IMG/VR virus record: IMGVR_UViG_3300043726_000004
Coordinates: 37,819-101,818 of that record
Strand: one strand, 5' to 3'
Length of the DNA: 64,000 nt
DNA from: a virus
Lineage: Duplodnaviria > Caudoviricetes
The notes beneath the pieces were generated by a model. It made no database searches, was not told the origin of the DNA, and saw only the letters and a list, made by a program, of their open reading frames with translations. The translations under genes and the position numbers were made by a program. Positions 54,178 to 63,231 of this stretch are shown one piece after another (position 1 is the stretch's first letter; every line of letters starts with the position of its first letter).

Positions 54178-55998
54178 TTAGTGGGCAGTACCGTTAGCTG
54201 GTGGAGTTGCCGGCGTCGTACCGGTGGAACCTGAACGACCTGCTAACGCGCGGCGACTAGCCACGTCACCACCTGCGCCTGTGGTATTTGCCTGACCGGT
54301 TGGTTGTCCTCGTTGTGACGGCTGGGTACCTCCTTGACCTGGTTGATTCGCCGCTTGAACATCCCCTCCGCCGAAGCCTGTTGCGAGTTTGGCACGTGCC
54401 AGAATCTCCAGACCGTCCTGAACGCGACGAATCTCGTCCATGTCGGCACTCGGATCGTTCCAAGGCAGTACCGTCGTGATGTACTGACGCATGAACTCAC
54501 TGGCGGATTCCACACTGACCATGCCAACAGTGACCATTTCGGTCATTGCATCCGCCATAGTCTTCACCGTATCGGCTGTGGCCTTGTCGTCTTTCGACGT
54601 CATCTGGTCCCAACCGATTTGGGTGTCGTACGTTGTCAGCGACACGTTCTCCAACATGGACTTGACCTGCAAGTACATGCCAGCGAAGTTGACGAACGGA
54701 TCCGACATACCCTCGCGCTTGCGGGAAATCTTACGTTCCAGGGGCAGCATCTGCTCCTGAACCGATGCCCGTGAGCTCTTGACCGCAGGCCCAAAAGCGA
54801 ACTCTGGTGTCTCTGAGACCGAGATGATGCAGTAGAACAGCAGCTGCAGCAGTGCTTCCGTGGAACGGGCACCGTTATCGGCCGTGATAAACTGCACGTC
54901 GTCGTCGGTTTGGACCAGGAAGATTTCCTTGTCGGCGAACATCAGCCGCCTGGCGTCGATTTCTTCCTGGGAGAAGTTGTCCTGAAGGAACTTCTCGACG
55001 TTGGCCAGCTTGAACTTGACCTTCGGACGTGTGAAGAGCTTGGAACCCTGGATGGTGAAGAGGGCTACGTCGTGGTACGTCTTGAGGAACGGCTCGATAG
55101 GTTCCAGGTCACTGGCACCGAACAGCGCCGCTTCCTCCATCTCGTTCTTGAAATGCACGATAGGAATGAACCCAAACGGGTTCTCCCGCGTGTAAGTGTA
55201 CCGCTGGGCGTATATCTCGGGCGCTGCGCCCCAGATGTACGAGTTGATGGACAGCGGGGTGATCTCTTCTACGACCGAGAAATTGATAGTTGTGGTCGTA
55301 ACAAACGGGTTGTTCAGCTGGCTGGGATCCACAACCTGCATGGGTTTGACGATCGTGACCTTCTCCCATTCACCGGTATCAGGGTCAATAATCGGCACCA
55401 TCCACTCAGGTGGGATCAAATCACACTGAATTGTACGTGCACCCGTCGTAAACTTGTCAGGAACAACGCGAAACCGCGTGAAAACGTCGCCGTCACGGAA
55501 GCAATTGCGCACAATCCGCGCCATAACTGCGCGGTAACGCAAGTTGAAGTCGTCCAAGAACTTCTGGACGACAACATTTTGCTGGTCCGGCGCGACAAAA
55601 TGCGGCGGACCCATGAAACCAGCCGTGATATTGATGGCAGGACGTGCAAATCCTGCGCCCAACTTGTACTTGTCGTTGGTGTTATAGTACAGTTCGCGGC
55701 ACAACCTGTAGTTGACACGGGACGTGTCGATGTTGTACGCGACGAACGGCCCGATGATGTTGTAGGTACCGCCAAAAAGTGCAGGGTACGTGCGCGCAAC
55801 ACTGATCTCGCCGCTGACTTGCGCGCGTACCCTGTCCCAAATTCCCAGGATTCCGCTCCTGAACGGCTTGGGGAACAGCCGCATCCCGGAGGAGGCCCTG
55901 ATATCGAGGCTCCCGAGGGGATCGGGACGCGACTCGAAGGTCGTTCCAGCGGCGGTGTGGACGCCGTCCGTTATGGAAGGTTGCGACGCCATTAGCAC
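54178..55998 (-). CDS. portal protein
   Basis: NPFGFIPIVHFKNE, GASDLE; follows the large terminase. Confidence 0.9.
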   Translation of the reverse strand: MLMASQPSITDGVHTAAGTTFESRPDPLGSLDIRASSGMRLFPKPFRSGILGIWDRVRAQVSGEISVARTYPALFGGTYNIIGPFVAYNIDTSRVNYRLCRELYYNTNDKYKLGAGFARPAINITAGFMGPPHFVAPDQQNVVVQKFLDDFNLRYRAVMARIVRNCFRDGDVFTRFRVVPDKFTTGARTIQCDLIPPEWMVPIIDPDTGEWEKVTIVKPMQVVDPSQLNNPFVTTTTINFSVVEEITPLSINSYIWGAAPEIYAQRYTYTRENPFGFIPIVHFKNEMEEAALFGASDLEPIEPFLKTYHDVALFTIQGSKLFTRPKVKFKLANVEKFLQDNFSQEEIDARRLMFADKEIFLVQTDDDVQFITADNGARSTEALLQLLFYCIISVSETPEFAFGPAVKSSRASVQEQMLPLERKISRKREGMSDPFVNFAGMYLQVKSMLENVSLTTYDTQIGWDQMTSKDDKATADTVKTMADAMTEMVTVGMVSVESASEFMRQYITTVLPWNDPSADMDEIRRVQDGLEILARAKLATGFGGGDVQAANQPGQGGTQPSQRGQPTGQANTTGAGGDVASRRALAGRSGSTGTTPATPPANGTAH

Positions 55999-56068
55999 TT
56001 ACCTCCGCCTTTACCCTTCTTTGTGGTCTTTCCACCACTACCTTTAGGCATACCGCCTCACCCCCTTC

Positions 56069-56293
56069 CTACGATCCCGCGATCTTGACCTCATAGACCA
56101 TATGGCAGTAGCCACATTCAATAAGGCCAGGGATGAGTAGGACCATAAGGCCTTGTTTGGTATTCGGTCCCAAGCCTGAACAACCGCAATGAATAAGGGC
56201 GATTGGGACAGCCGCAGGGAATTCTGGCTCGGGCGGCGCCTGCTTTGAGGGCTCGGCTGGCTCAGTTCCGGCATTATGCGGCTGATTCGTCAT
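56069..56293 (-). CDS. small zinc-ribbon protein
   Basis: CGC...CGYC between terL and portal. Confidence 0.5.
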   Translation of the reverse strand: MTNQPHNAGTEPAEPSKQAPPEPEFPAAVPIALIHCGCSGLGPNTKQGLMVLLIPGLIECGYCHMVYEVKIAGS

Positions 56294-57737
56294 AGAACGA
56301 CGAGTTCCTGAACACCTGCGCCACCTTGTTATCTACAGGAACACCCTCGTCGCTCAGGAGCAACTCCGTAAGTCCCCAGACCAATGCGTCAACACGGTCA
56401 GGAGAGACGTCCATGTCATCAGTGAACGAACACATCTGGTCTTCCAGCAGAGGCATCGGACCAACGTGATGCACCCATCCCTTCTCATACATGGAGGAAA
56501 TAGGTTCGGCACGAGCCTTTTTGCCTCGGCTCGCGGTGATAGCCTTGAAGGGAATATACTCTCCGCCCTTGATCGTGCGGATAGTATGTTCAACCATGTC
56601 GCCGCCGTTGTTGATTTCACCAACAATCTTGTCTGCCTGCCAGAGTCGGAAGGCGCTAACCGCCTTCGTACCCCACTCGTGAGGTGTCCAGCGGCCCGAT
56701 AGATCGCCTAGGATGTAGGCATGGCCGTCAAGTCCTTTACCTACGACGATCAGACCTGTCTCGTCCACCTTGTCCCGATTGCGGTTCAGGCGGGCAGTAG
56801 TCTTGGCCTTGCCGGCAGGATCGACAGCAACAATGATGCGCTTGAGTGGTGGGTATACACTACGACGGTGCTGATCAATGATTTGGCGTGACCAAAGCGC
56901 TCCCGGTACGTCGTCGAGGATCTCGGCGTGCAGCTCTTGGCGGCCTAACGTCGTACCCTCGTACTTCGTGACGATGTCCTGGAAGAATCCTTCTGCCAGG
57001 TTGTCACGGTTTTCGTACGTAGTACCTTTGGTTGCGTGATTACGAGGCCGAGTATTCTTCTCGTTCAGGTTCGAATCACGCACTAGCGTGCGAACCAGTG
57101 TCTTCGGCTTGGGCGTCGTCGTGGCAACACACTGCGGGTTATTGCCAAGACGCAGTCCAAACATGAGCATATCCCAGGTTTCGGGATACTTCCACGCGGC
57201 AGCCTCATCAGCCCACGCCGCTTCATGTTGAGGACCACGAAGCTGGTCAGGGTCCTCTGCCGAGTACAAAGTAGCAATAGCACCATTCGGCCACGTCAAA
57301 CGCCGTTTTGACGGCTCGTATAACGGCTTGAACCATGGTGGTGAACATGCGAGGATCCCCGACTCGCCTTCGACCATAACGTCACGGGCGTCAGCCGCAG
57401 TCGGGGCAACGAAGGCCAGACGCATCCGCCCCTTCTTCTCGACCTGTTCGCGGATCCACTCCGCACCGGTACGTGTTTTGCCCCAACCGCGACCCGCTAA
57501 GATGAGCCATACACGCCACAACCAGTTAGGCGCGTGTTGGTTCGGCCGTCCCCAGAAACTCCAGTCGTATTGGAGACCGAGCGCTTCCTGGTCCGTCAGG
57601 GAGCGGATGAACTCTGCGAGTTCCTCCACTGATAAGTCGCTGGCGATAACACCCGCACTGCTATCGTCCTCGGCTCCCTGACGTCCAGCCCACTCGGAGT
57701 ACGAAACCGCTGGGATTTCGTCGACGGCAACTGCCAC
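56274..57737 (-). CDS. terL: terminase large subunit
   Basis: GRGWGKT, WADE, VAVDPA, SPDRVDA. Confidence 0.96.
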   Translation of the reverse strand: MAVAVDEIPAVSYSEWAGRQGAEDDSSAGVIASDLSVEELAEFIRSLTDQEALGLQYDWSFWGRPNQHAPNWLWRVWLILAGRGWGKTRTGAEWIREQVEKKGRMRLAFVAPTAADARDVMVEGESGILACSPPWFKPLYEPSKRRLTWPNGAIATLYSAEDPDQLRGPQHEAAWADEAAAWKYPETWDMLMFGLRLGNNPQCVATTTPKPKTLVRTLVRDSNLNEKNTRPRNHATKGTTYENRDNLAEGFFQDIVTKYEGTTLGRQELHAEILDDVPGALWSRQIIDQHRRSVYPPLKRIIVAVDPAGKAKTTARLNRNRDKVDETGLIVVGKGLDGHAYILGDLSGRWTPHEWGTKAVSAFRLWQADKIVGEINNGGDMVEHTIRTIKGGEYIPFKAITASRGKKARAEPISSMYEKGWVHHVGPMPLLEDQMCSFTDDMDVSPDRVDALVWGLTELLLSDEGVPVDNKVAQVFRNSSFYDESAA

Positions 57738-58502
57738 TTAGTTGGTTTCCGTTGTTTCTCTGGTTTCTGGCTCGGACACAGCGGCCTCAGGTTCAGGCAA
57801 CTTAGGAGACTCCATGTCGATGACCATGGGAGTTATTTCAGCCGCAACTGCCTCCATCTCTCTCCTAAGCGTGCCAGGCGCTAGCCCACGCCGTCGTTCG
57901 GCGATCTCGAGCAGCTTACTTTTCACCGCGTTCCGTGCACCCGAGAGGTCGGAGATTTCCGACCGTACAGTCACCTCACCGTCCTCCAGACGCCTCTTAT
58001 CGATAGAGATACCCATAGCGACTGCAAGGTCCTTGAGGTCGCGGGCAGTGAGGTCGTTGTCGTCCAACATCAGCTCGATGCGCTCGAAGGCCAAGTTGAT
58101 GACCCTCAACCGCTCGATTTGGCAGTAGTCAGTTTGTGCCTCGTGGCGTCGGGTTGAGGCAAGAGCGACAGTGTCGATGTTGTGGTCCAAAGCGATCCGG
58201 CGCACGGCCATGAGGTCGAGGCCGAACAGGCGACTCACACGGTTCATCGAGTTGCCGGCCAGCAAAGACTCAACGATGCGCGCCCTGACGTTGTCGGAAA
58301 TCAAGGGCTGCCACCCGCCTTCCTTCTGGCCACCTGCGCCTGGTCCAGCGTAGTAGGCAGGAGCTCCGCCTTGTGTGCCAAGTCGTCCCTTGTAGTACCT
58401 ATTGCCACCGACGCCGTTCCTTCGCGGTACGTAGGTCTTCAGGTTAGTGGGTTCGTTTGCAGGTTCGCTCGTAGGTGCCCCGGTGTTACCGTCCTCTGCC
58501 AT
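57738..58502 (-). CDS. terminase small subunit (HTH)
   Basis: HTH and helical oligomerisation region; directly before terL. Confidence 0.75.
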   Translation of the reverse strand: MAEDGNTGAPTSEPANEPTNLKTYVPRRNGVGGNRYYKGRLGTQGGAPAYYAGPGAGGQKEGGWQPLISDNVRARIVESLLAGNSMNRVSRLFGLDLMAVRRIALDHNIDTVALASTRRHEAQTDYCQIERLRVINLAFERIELMLDDNDLTARDLKDLAVAMGISIDKRRLEDGEVTVRSEISDLSGARNAVKSKLLEIAERRRGLAPGTLRREMEAVAAEITPMVIDMESPKLPEPEAAVSEPETRETTETN

Positions 58503-58537
58503 GGTGGTCCTCTCTCACTCAGACTGGCCTTGACTAT

Positions 58538-58566
58538 ATTATATCACATAACAAGCGGACTGTCAA
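58538..58566 (-). promoter_or_regulatory. consensus sigma70 promoter of the packaging operon
   Basis: TTGACA-N17-TATAAT with TG. Confidence 0.9.
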
Positions 58567-58597
58567 CGGGTCCGTCTCTCCAATTTTTTGACCCCTG

Positions 58598-58636
58598 ATC
58601 TGCACTTGATTTTACCCTGGGTTGGTGTTGTATAAT
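58598..58636 (+). promoter_or_regulatory. divergent promoter
   Basis: ATCTGCAC-TTGATT-N19-TATAAT. Confidence 0.7.
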
Positions 58637-58664
58637 TAGAGTAGAACAAGAGTTCGAGGCAGGT

Positions 58665-58964
58665 GTGGCCGTGCCAGACTTAGACGACGACGATCGCGTG
58701 CAGATTCACTTCCCTGACAACGTCGAGAATGCCAATCCTGGGCAAATTGTCAGGGCATTCAGACTGATCGAGTACTGTGGCCCAAAGGAATGGGTCGCGA
58801 GTCAGCTGCTGAACTCGATTCAAGGACGTAAATCGGTCGGGGCTGACAGATGGATCGAAGGCAAAACGATCATCGGGCACGAATTCTACACGGAACTCGA
58901 CGTCTGCGTCGATCAGATAAGGAAGGCATTGGCGAGGACTGATGACGGACGACAGGAAACCTGA
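58665..58964 (+). CDS. hypothetical protein
   Basis: First ORF after the promoter. Confidence 0.6.
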   Translation: MAVPDLDDDDRVQIHFPDNVENANPGQIVRAFRLIEYCGPKEWVASQLLNSIQGRKSVGADRWIEGKTIIGHEFYTELDVCVDQIRKALARTDDGRQET

Positions 58965-59817
58965 GTTAGACCCAGAATTCGACTACCCCGAAGGGGTCGA
59001 ACACGACTTAGAAGACCCCTACGGCCTAAAAGGCATCAAGTGGGGTTGGCAACCGCACTCCGATACATCACTGGCACGTATTGGCGTTCGCAAGGCTATC
59101 GAGGCAGGCACACTAAACCTGCCAAAGGCTGAGCCCAAGCCGGGACCTGTTGACAATGCAATGGGTGCAGCCCTATATCGGAAGGAAGTGTGGTCGTCGA
59201 GGCCCAAAGAACGAGCCAAACAAGAAGCAGAAGGCAAGCCCTACGTAACTTCATTGTACGCACATGGCGGCTGGCACTGCACTTGCCCAGGCTTCGGTTT
59301 CCGGCGTTGGCAGAAGTGCTCACATGTGGTGGCAGTTGAAGAAGAGTACGCACAGATTCAGCGTCAGCTGCCTGCACCTTCAGCCACACCGGGGCAGGGA
59401 AAGGATCTCGACCCATATGGACGTCCTTATCTGATCGACGAAGATGGGTATGAGTACTTCATGTCCTACACAGGTACCACGCGGTGCTATCGCCTGCCTA
59501 TATGGGATCGCAAGTGGGGTGGTGACTTCAAGAAGTACTATCAGCACTTGATTGACGAAGCGTGGGAAGGAATCCATCGGCGTCAATTTGAAGACCCCAA
59601 CTTCGACCCGACATACGGCGGCCGAATTTACGACTACAGGCGCGACTCTCCTCTCAAGGTTACGACGGGCGTTTGGCAAATGGAGTCTGAGGTCGTGGAG
59701 GGCAACGCTGGAACACCAACCTCACCCAACATTATGAATGCTCACCCGTTCGAACCTGAACTTTCCACCGATACCCTACCACTCGAGGTAGACCCTGATG
59801 CCGCCATCGACGTATAG
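58942..59817 (+). CDS. SWIM zinc-finger protein
   Basis: WHCTCPGF.....KCSHV. Confidence 0.75.
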   Translation: MTDDRKPELDPEFDYPEGVEHDLEDPYGLKGIKWGWQPHSDTSLARIGVRKAIEAGTLNLPKAEPKPGPVDNAMGAALYRKEVWSSRPKERAKQEAEGKPYVTSLYAHGGWHCTCPGFGFRRWQKCSHVVAVEEEYAQIQRQLPAPSATPGQGKDLDPYGRPYLIDEDGYEYFMSYTGTTRCYRLPIWDRKWGGDFKKYYQHLIDEAWEGIHRRQFEDPNFDPTYGGRIYDYRRDSPLKVTTGVWQMESEVVEGNAGTPTSPNIMNAHPFEPELSTDTLPLEVDPDAAIDV

Positions 59818-59921
59818 CGGAGGGAGAAACAGCCAGCCAGGCCTCTGCGTTGGGATTCCGTAGGAATTTCCGGAGGCTTACACATGGGCCGCAAAGGGGA
59901 GGGGTTGCAACCACATTGCCC

Positions 59922-60182
59922 GTGACGCTCCACCTTGTTGAAAAGGTCGGGGATCCGCACTACATCAGGATTGTCGACGTGATACTCGGTACTTCTGGGA
60001 TAGCGCGGTACGATGAGACGACCGTTCAGGAGGGACCGGTCCTAATCATGACGGAGGGCCTGTGGTTACAGTTACGTTACTTGTTCTCTGCACGCGGTTT
60101 TACGACACGAGTCATGTCTTACGCCGAGGAGCAACGGTATGGCGTTAGGTGCAAATGCCGATTCGCCTCAAGACCCTATTGA
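59922..60182 (+). CDS. hypothetical protein
   Basis: Within ORF 59850..60182; start uncertain (59916 or 59922). Confidence 0.45.
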   Translation: MTLHLVEKVGDPHYIRIVDVILGTSGIARYDETTVQEGPVLIMTEGLWLQLRYLFSARGFTTRVMSYAEEQRYGVRCKCRFASRPY

Positions 60183-60606
60183 CAGATCCCCACCTCCACC
60201 ACCTCCACCAGAGGGTGGCAGCCTCATCTTCTGGGAACCTTGGAAACCTTCACCCGGCAGCCGAGTTACGGTTCGACTAGGAGGTGAGTGCAACGTCGAT
60301 TGGGGGAAGATTGGTGACCGTCTTGGAGACAATACCGGTCATCCACCCGAATTTGACTGGAAGGCTGGTACAGTGTTCAGAATCGATGAGGACTACGGCG
60401 CTCACCGCTATGCTGTCCTCTTCGATCGACCTGTACCTGTTGAACGGAAAGCCGGAGCTCCCGCAATGGGCGCCCATTTCGCCGCGATCGAACTGGAACC
60501 TTTAGACCTCCCTGACTCTGCTTCCACCCGACGCTTGCTCCACCGCTTCGAGCACATGAACGGCCGCGTCGGGTTTGGGAGGTACCATGGAGGAGAAACG
60601 GCCTGA
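60139..60606 (+). CDS. hypothetical SH3-like protein
   Basis: GAGGAG RBS; PGSRVTVR...GTV..I...Y.V.FD...ELEP. Confidence 0.6.
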   Translation: MALGANADSPQDPIDRSPPPPPPPEGGSLIFWEPWKPSPGSRVTVRLGGECNVDWGKIGDRLGDNTGHPPEFDWKAGTVFRIDEDYGAHRYAVLFDRPVPVERKAGAPAMGAHFAAIELEPLDLPDSASTRRLLHRFEHMNGRVGFGRYHGGETA

Positions 60607-60796
60607 TTCGGCAGTTTCCTTCGGCATGGCTCTGCTCCTCGTGGCAATGGGACTGCTTATTTCTGGCTTCTACGCCGTGGCAATGCTGGCTCTTGCACAG
60701 GCAACGGGTCCGGCGATACCCATCATCATCTGGGCGTTAGCTTCCATTCTCACTGTCGTGTTTATTTTCTCACTGCGTCACGGAAATCCCCGCTAA
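60587..60796 (+). CDS. two-TM membrane protein
   Basis: GGGAGG RBS; two hydrophobic helices. Confidence 0.7.
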   Translation: MEEKRPDSAVSFGMALLLVAMGLLISGFYAVAMLALAQATGPAIPIIIWALASILTVVFIFSLRHGNPR

Positions 60797-60817
60797 CTAG
60801 CAGGGTTTAGGTTCTGG

Positions 60818-60976
60818 TCAAGGGCGCTTACCGGGGGTGGGTAGGAAGGGATTCTTCTCCACCCCCAAAATTTTGGGTTGTGGTTGGCCGTTGTTCGGGA
60901 GTCGCTTGCCTAACCGATCCACCATTTTGGGCTTCATGCCTACGCTTCCAGCGTCAGGTCTCAGGTACTGAGGCAT
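60818..60976 (-). CDS. 52-aa Pro/Lys-rich protein (not in the ORF track)
   Basis: AGGAGG RBS in the HNH 3' end; MPQYLRPDAG...TPGKRP. Confidence 0.55.
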   Translation of the reverse strand: MPQYLRPDAGSVGMKPKMVDRLGKRLPNNGQPQPKILGVEKNPFLPTPGKRP

Positions 60977-60981
60977 GCGGC

Positions 60982-61386
60982 TTAGATCCTCCTGCGAATG
61001 CGGCCGGCGTTAGTGTTACGTCGCAAGTTACAGGCGCCACACAGCACCCGGATGTTGCTTCGGGCGTTGGTACCACCTTTGCTGAGCGGCTTCTTGTGGT
61101 CGACGTGGGCATTCTTACCTGCTACCAGTTTACCGCAACTGGCACACTTCCGGACGTTTTTGGTGACCGTTCGATGATGAAGGCCCACTTTGCCAACACC
61201 GCGGCCGTAGTTGCGGGCCCTCATCTTCAGGCCCCCGCCGGAGGTTGGGTTGGTCTTACTATACTGAACGGCATTATCCACTTGTTGTGGTCTAATGCCC
61301 AGTCGATTGGCGATTGCCGTCTTTGTCATGCCTTGGCGGTACAGCCGTCGCGCCACTGGCGCCTTACCAGAACCTTTCACGCCCAT
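60982..61386 (-). CDS. HTH-HNH endonuclease
   Basis: CASC, HVDHKKPLSKGG.N...N...LCGACN; N-terminal HTH. Confidence 0.9.
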   Translation of the reverse strand: MGVKGSGKAPVARRLYRQGMTKTAIANRLGIRPQQVDNAVQYSKTNPTSGGGLKMRARNYGRGVGKVGLHHRTVTKNVRKCASCGKLVAGKNAHVDHKKPLSKGGTNARSNIRVLCGACNLRRNTNAGRIRRRI

Positions 61387-61392
61387 ACTTTT

Positions 61393-61421
61393 ATTATATC
61401 ACACCTTTGCTGGACTGGCAA
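61393..61421 (-). promoter_or_regulatory. leaderless promoter of the HNH gene
   Basis: TTGCCA-N17-TATAAT-N6-ATG. Confidence 0.8.
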
Positions 61422-61458
61422 GACGGCCACTCCCTGTCAAAAATTTTGTCTTTGACTG

Positions 61459-61493
61459 GCACTTGATTTACACCAGGGTCGGTGTTATATAAT
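61459..61493 (+). promoter_or_regulatory. divergent promoter
   Basis: GCAC-TTGATT-N19-TATAAT. Confidence 0.7.
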
Positions 61494-61554
61494 AATAGTA
61501 GAGGATACTAGATGCCTCCAAGTACGAAAACCGACAGGAGTAGGAGTAGGACTT

Positions 61555-62025
61555 ATGTCGACGATAGCTGTTACGGCGACCCGTAACGTTCGGCCTGTTG
61601 AACCGCGTATTCATCAGGCTTTCCACGTCATCGCTGCGCAAGGGCTAGTGGACAGAGTTGTTGTTGGTGCATGCAGAGGCGGTGATTGCCAAGCGGCGCA
61701 GGTGGCCAAGGCGGAGGGTTTTTCGGTCCACACAGTCATACCAGGTGACAGGTCTCAACTGTGTGACCACTGGAAGGTCTTTCTCGCCGCACCCGATGAA
61801 GACACGCGTCCAGCGCCGCACACCGACTCGTACGAAGCAATGCCGCCGGAGAAAGGATCGATAGCCTACAGGCACCGAAACGAGCGAATGGTCGAGCTTA
61901 GCGACGCCGGACTGATAGCATTCCCTGATCGCACCGAGCAGCAAGCGTACTCTGGCGTTACAATGACGATCAACATCGCGAGGCGGGTTGGTAAGCCAGT
62001 TCAGTCGGTTATCCTTCATGAGTGA
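61555..62025 (+). CDS. SLOG family (YspA-like) protein
   Basis: IAVTATR, GACRGGD, RNERMV, SG..MTI..A...GKPV. Confidence 0.8.
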   Translation: MSTIAVTATRNVRPVEPRIHQAFHVIAAQGLVDRVVVGACRGGDCQAAQVAKAEGFSVHTVIPGDRSQLCDHWKVFLAAPDEDTRPAPHTDSYEAMPPEKGSIAYRHRNERMVELSDAGLIAFPDRTEQQAYSGVTMTINIARRVGKPVQSVILHE

Positions 62026-62545
62026 CGAGGGACCTCCGCTCTCCAAATCCGAACAGATACGACGGTTAGCTGCACAGGGTATGTCCACGAAGGACATTGC
62101 TACACGGTTGGGCATTCGGTACCAACACGTCTATGGCGTACTCAAAGGGGCGAAGTCTGTGTCGCCTATCCCTGCTGGAATGTCTCGTCGTACTGCTAGA
62201 CCGCCGTCAGCGCAGCAACGTTTACGGAACGAATCTGAGGCTGGAGTGTATGATTCGTTTTGGGATCAGGAGAACAATGTCCATCGCGTCGTAGTTCGAA
62301 TGTACCGCATAGTACCCGGGGAGTCGCCGTTTAGACCATCAATAGCACGGTATATCGGTCCTATGGACGAGAAGCTTATCGACGCTTGGACCGATAGGTG
62401 TGTCTACCACGGCTACATATCTGAGTCCGACTACCAGGAGCAAGTGTCATTGATCAGAGCCGTTCTGCGTAAGAACGAAAAGTCCATGTTCAGCAAGACT
62501 ACGAACGACTGGGACACTCCGCCACCAGACGCACCAAAGAAGTAA
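62018..62545 (+). CDS. HTH DNA-binding protein
   Basis: SKSEQIRRL...DIATRLGIRYQHVYGVL. Confidence 0.75.
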   Translation: MSDEGPPLSKSEQIRRLAAQGMSTKDIATRLGIRYQHVYGVLKGAKSVSPIPAGMSRRTARPPSAQQRLRNESEAGVYDSFWDQENNVHRVVVRMYRIVPGESPFRPSIARYIGPMDEKLIDAWTDRCVYHGYISESDYQEQVSLIRAVLRKNEKSMFSKTTNDWDTPPPDAPKK

Positions 62546-62557
62546 CTCGACCCGACC

Positions 62558-62599
62558 GACGCCCTATTTCGGTTTGTTGCGAAATGGGGCGTTTTGTTG
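62558..62599 (+). terminator. intrinsic terminator
   Basis: GACGCCCTATTTCG...CGAAATGGGGCGTT plus T-rich tail. Confidence 0.75.
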
Positions 62600-63231
62600 T
62601 GCTGGTTGTGGCCCGAAAGGATTCGTAAACCCTGGGGGGGGGGGTATCAGGAATGAGCCCTACCTGGTAGCATTAGGGAATGACCCCTGTGTGGTGGTGG
62701 CGCGCCGTCACGAAAGGAAACACGGGGGCAAAAGATTTCTTGTCGGACCCGGGGGGTTGATGGTGGGGTGGTGTCGGGCGCCACGCGTGGGCAACTCTCC
62801 CACCTCCCTCACAGGCCCGCACGTCCGTCCGGCGGCCCCGGCGAGGCGGTGGCACGGGGGTATTGCCATCCGGACCATAGGTCGACCAAAGGGTACGTAC
62901 CCTCCAGCAGGGCCGGCGACCTCCTCCACCCACGTGCCACACTTGGGCACACGCGCCCACCTCCAGCCCACGTGCCCCACGAGCACGCAGAGCTCACGAG
63001 CACCCGGTAGGGCCCGGCCCCCAGGTGGTGGGGGTATGGTAGACCACCAACGGCCCCGCTAACGTCCGGACCCTTAGTAGGTCCCCTGGGCACGTCCTGG
63101 TGGCTGGAGGGAAGCGCAGTGCGCCAACGGGCGACCCCGTGACGGGGGGGGGGTGCCGGTGGCGGTCAGGGGGTGGACTGGACCAAAACCAAAACCCAAA
63201 CCGTCCGGACCCCAGGCGCCCCCCCCCCCCG

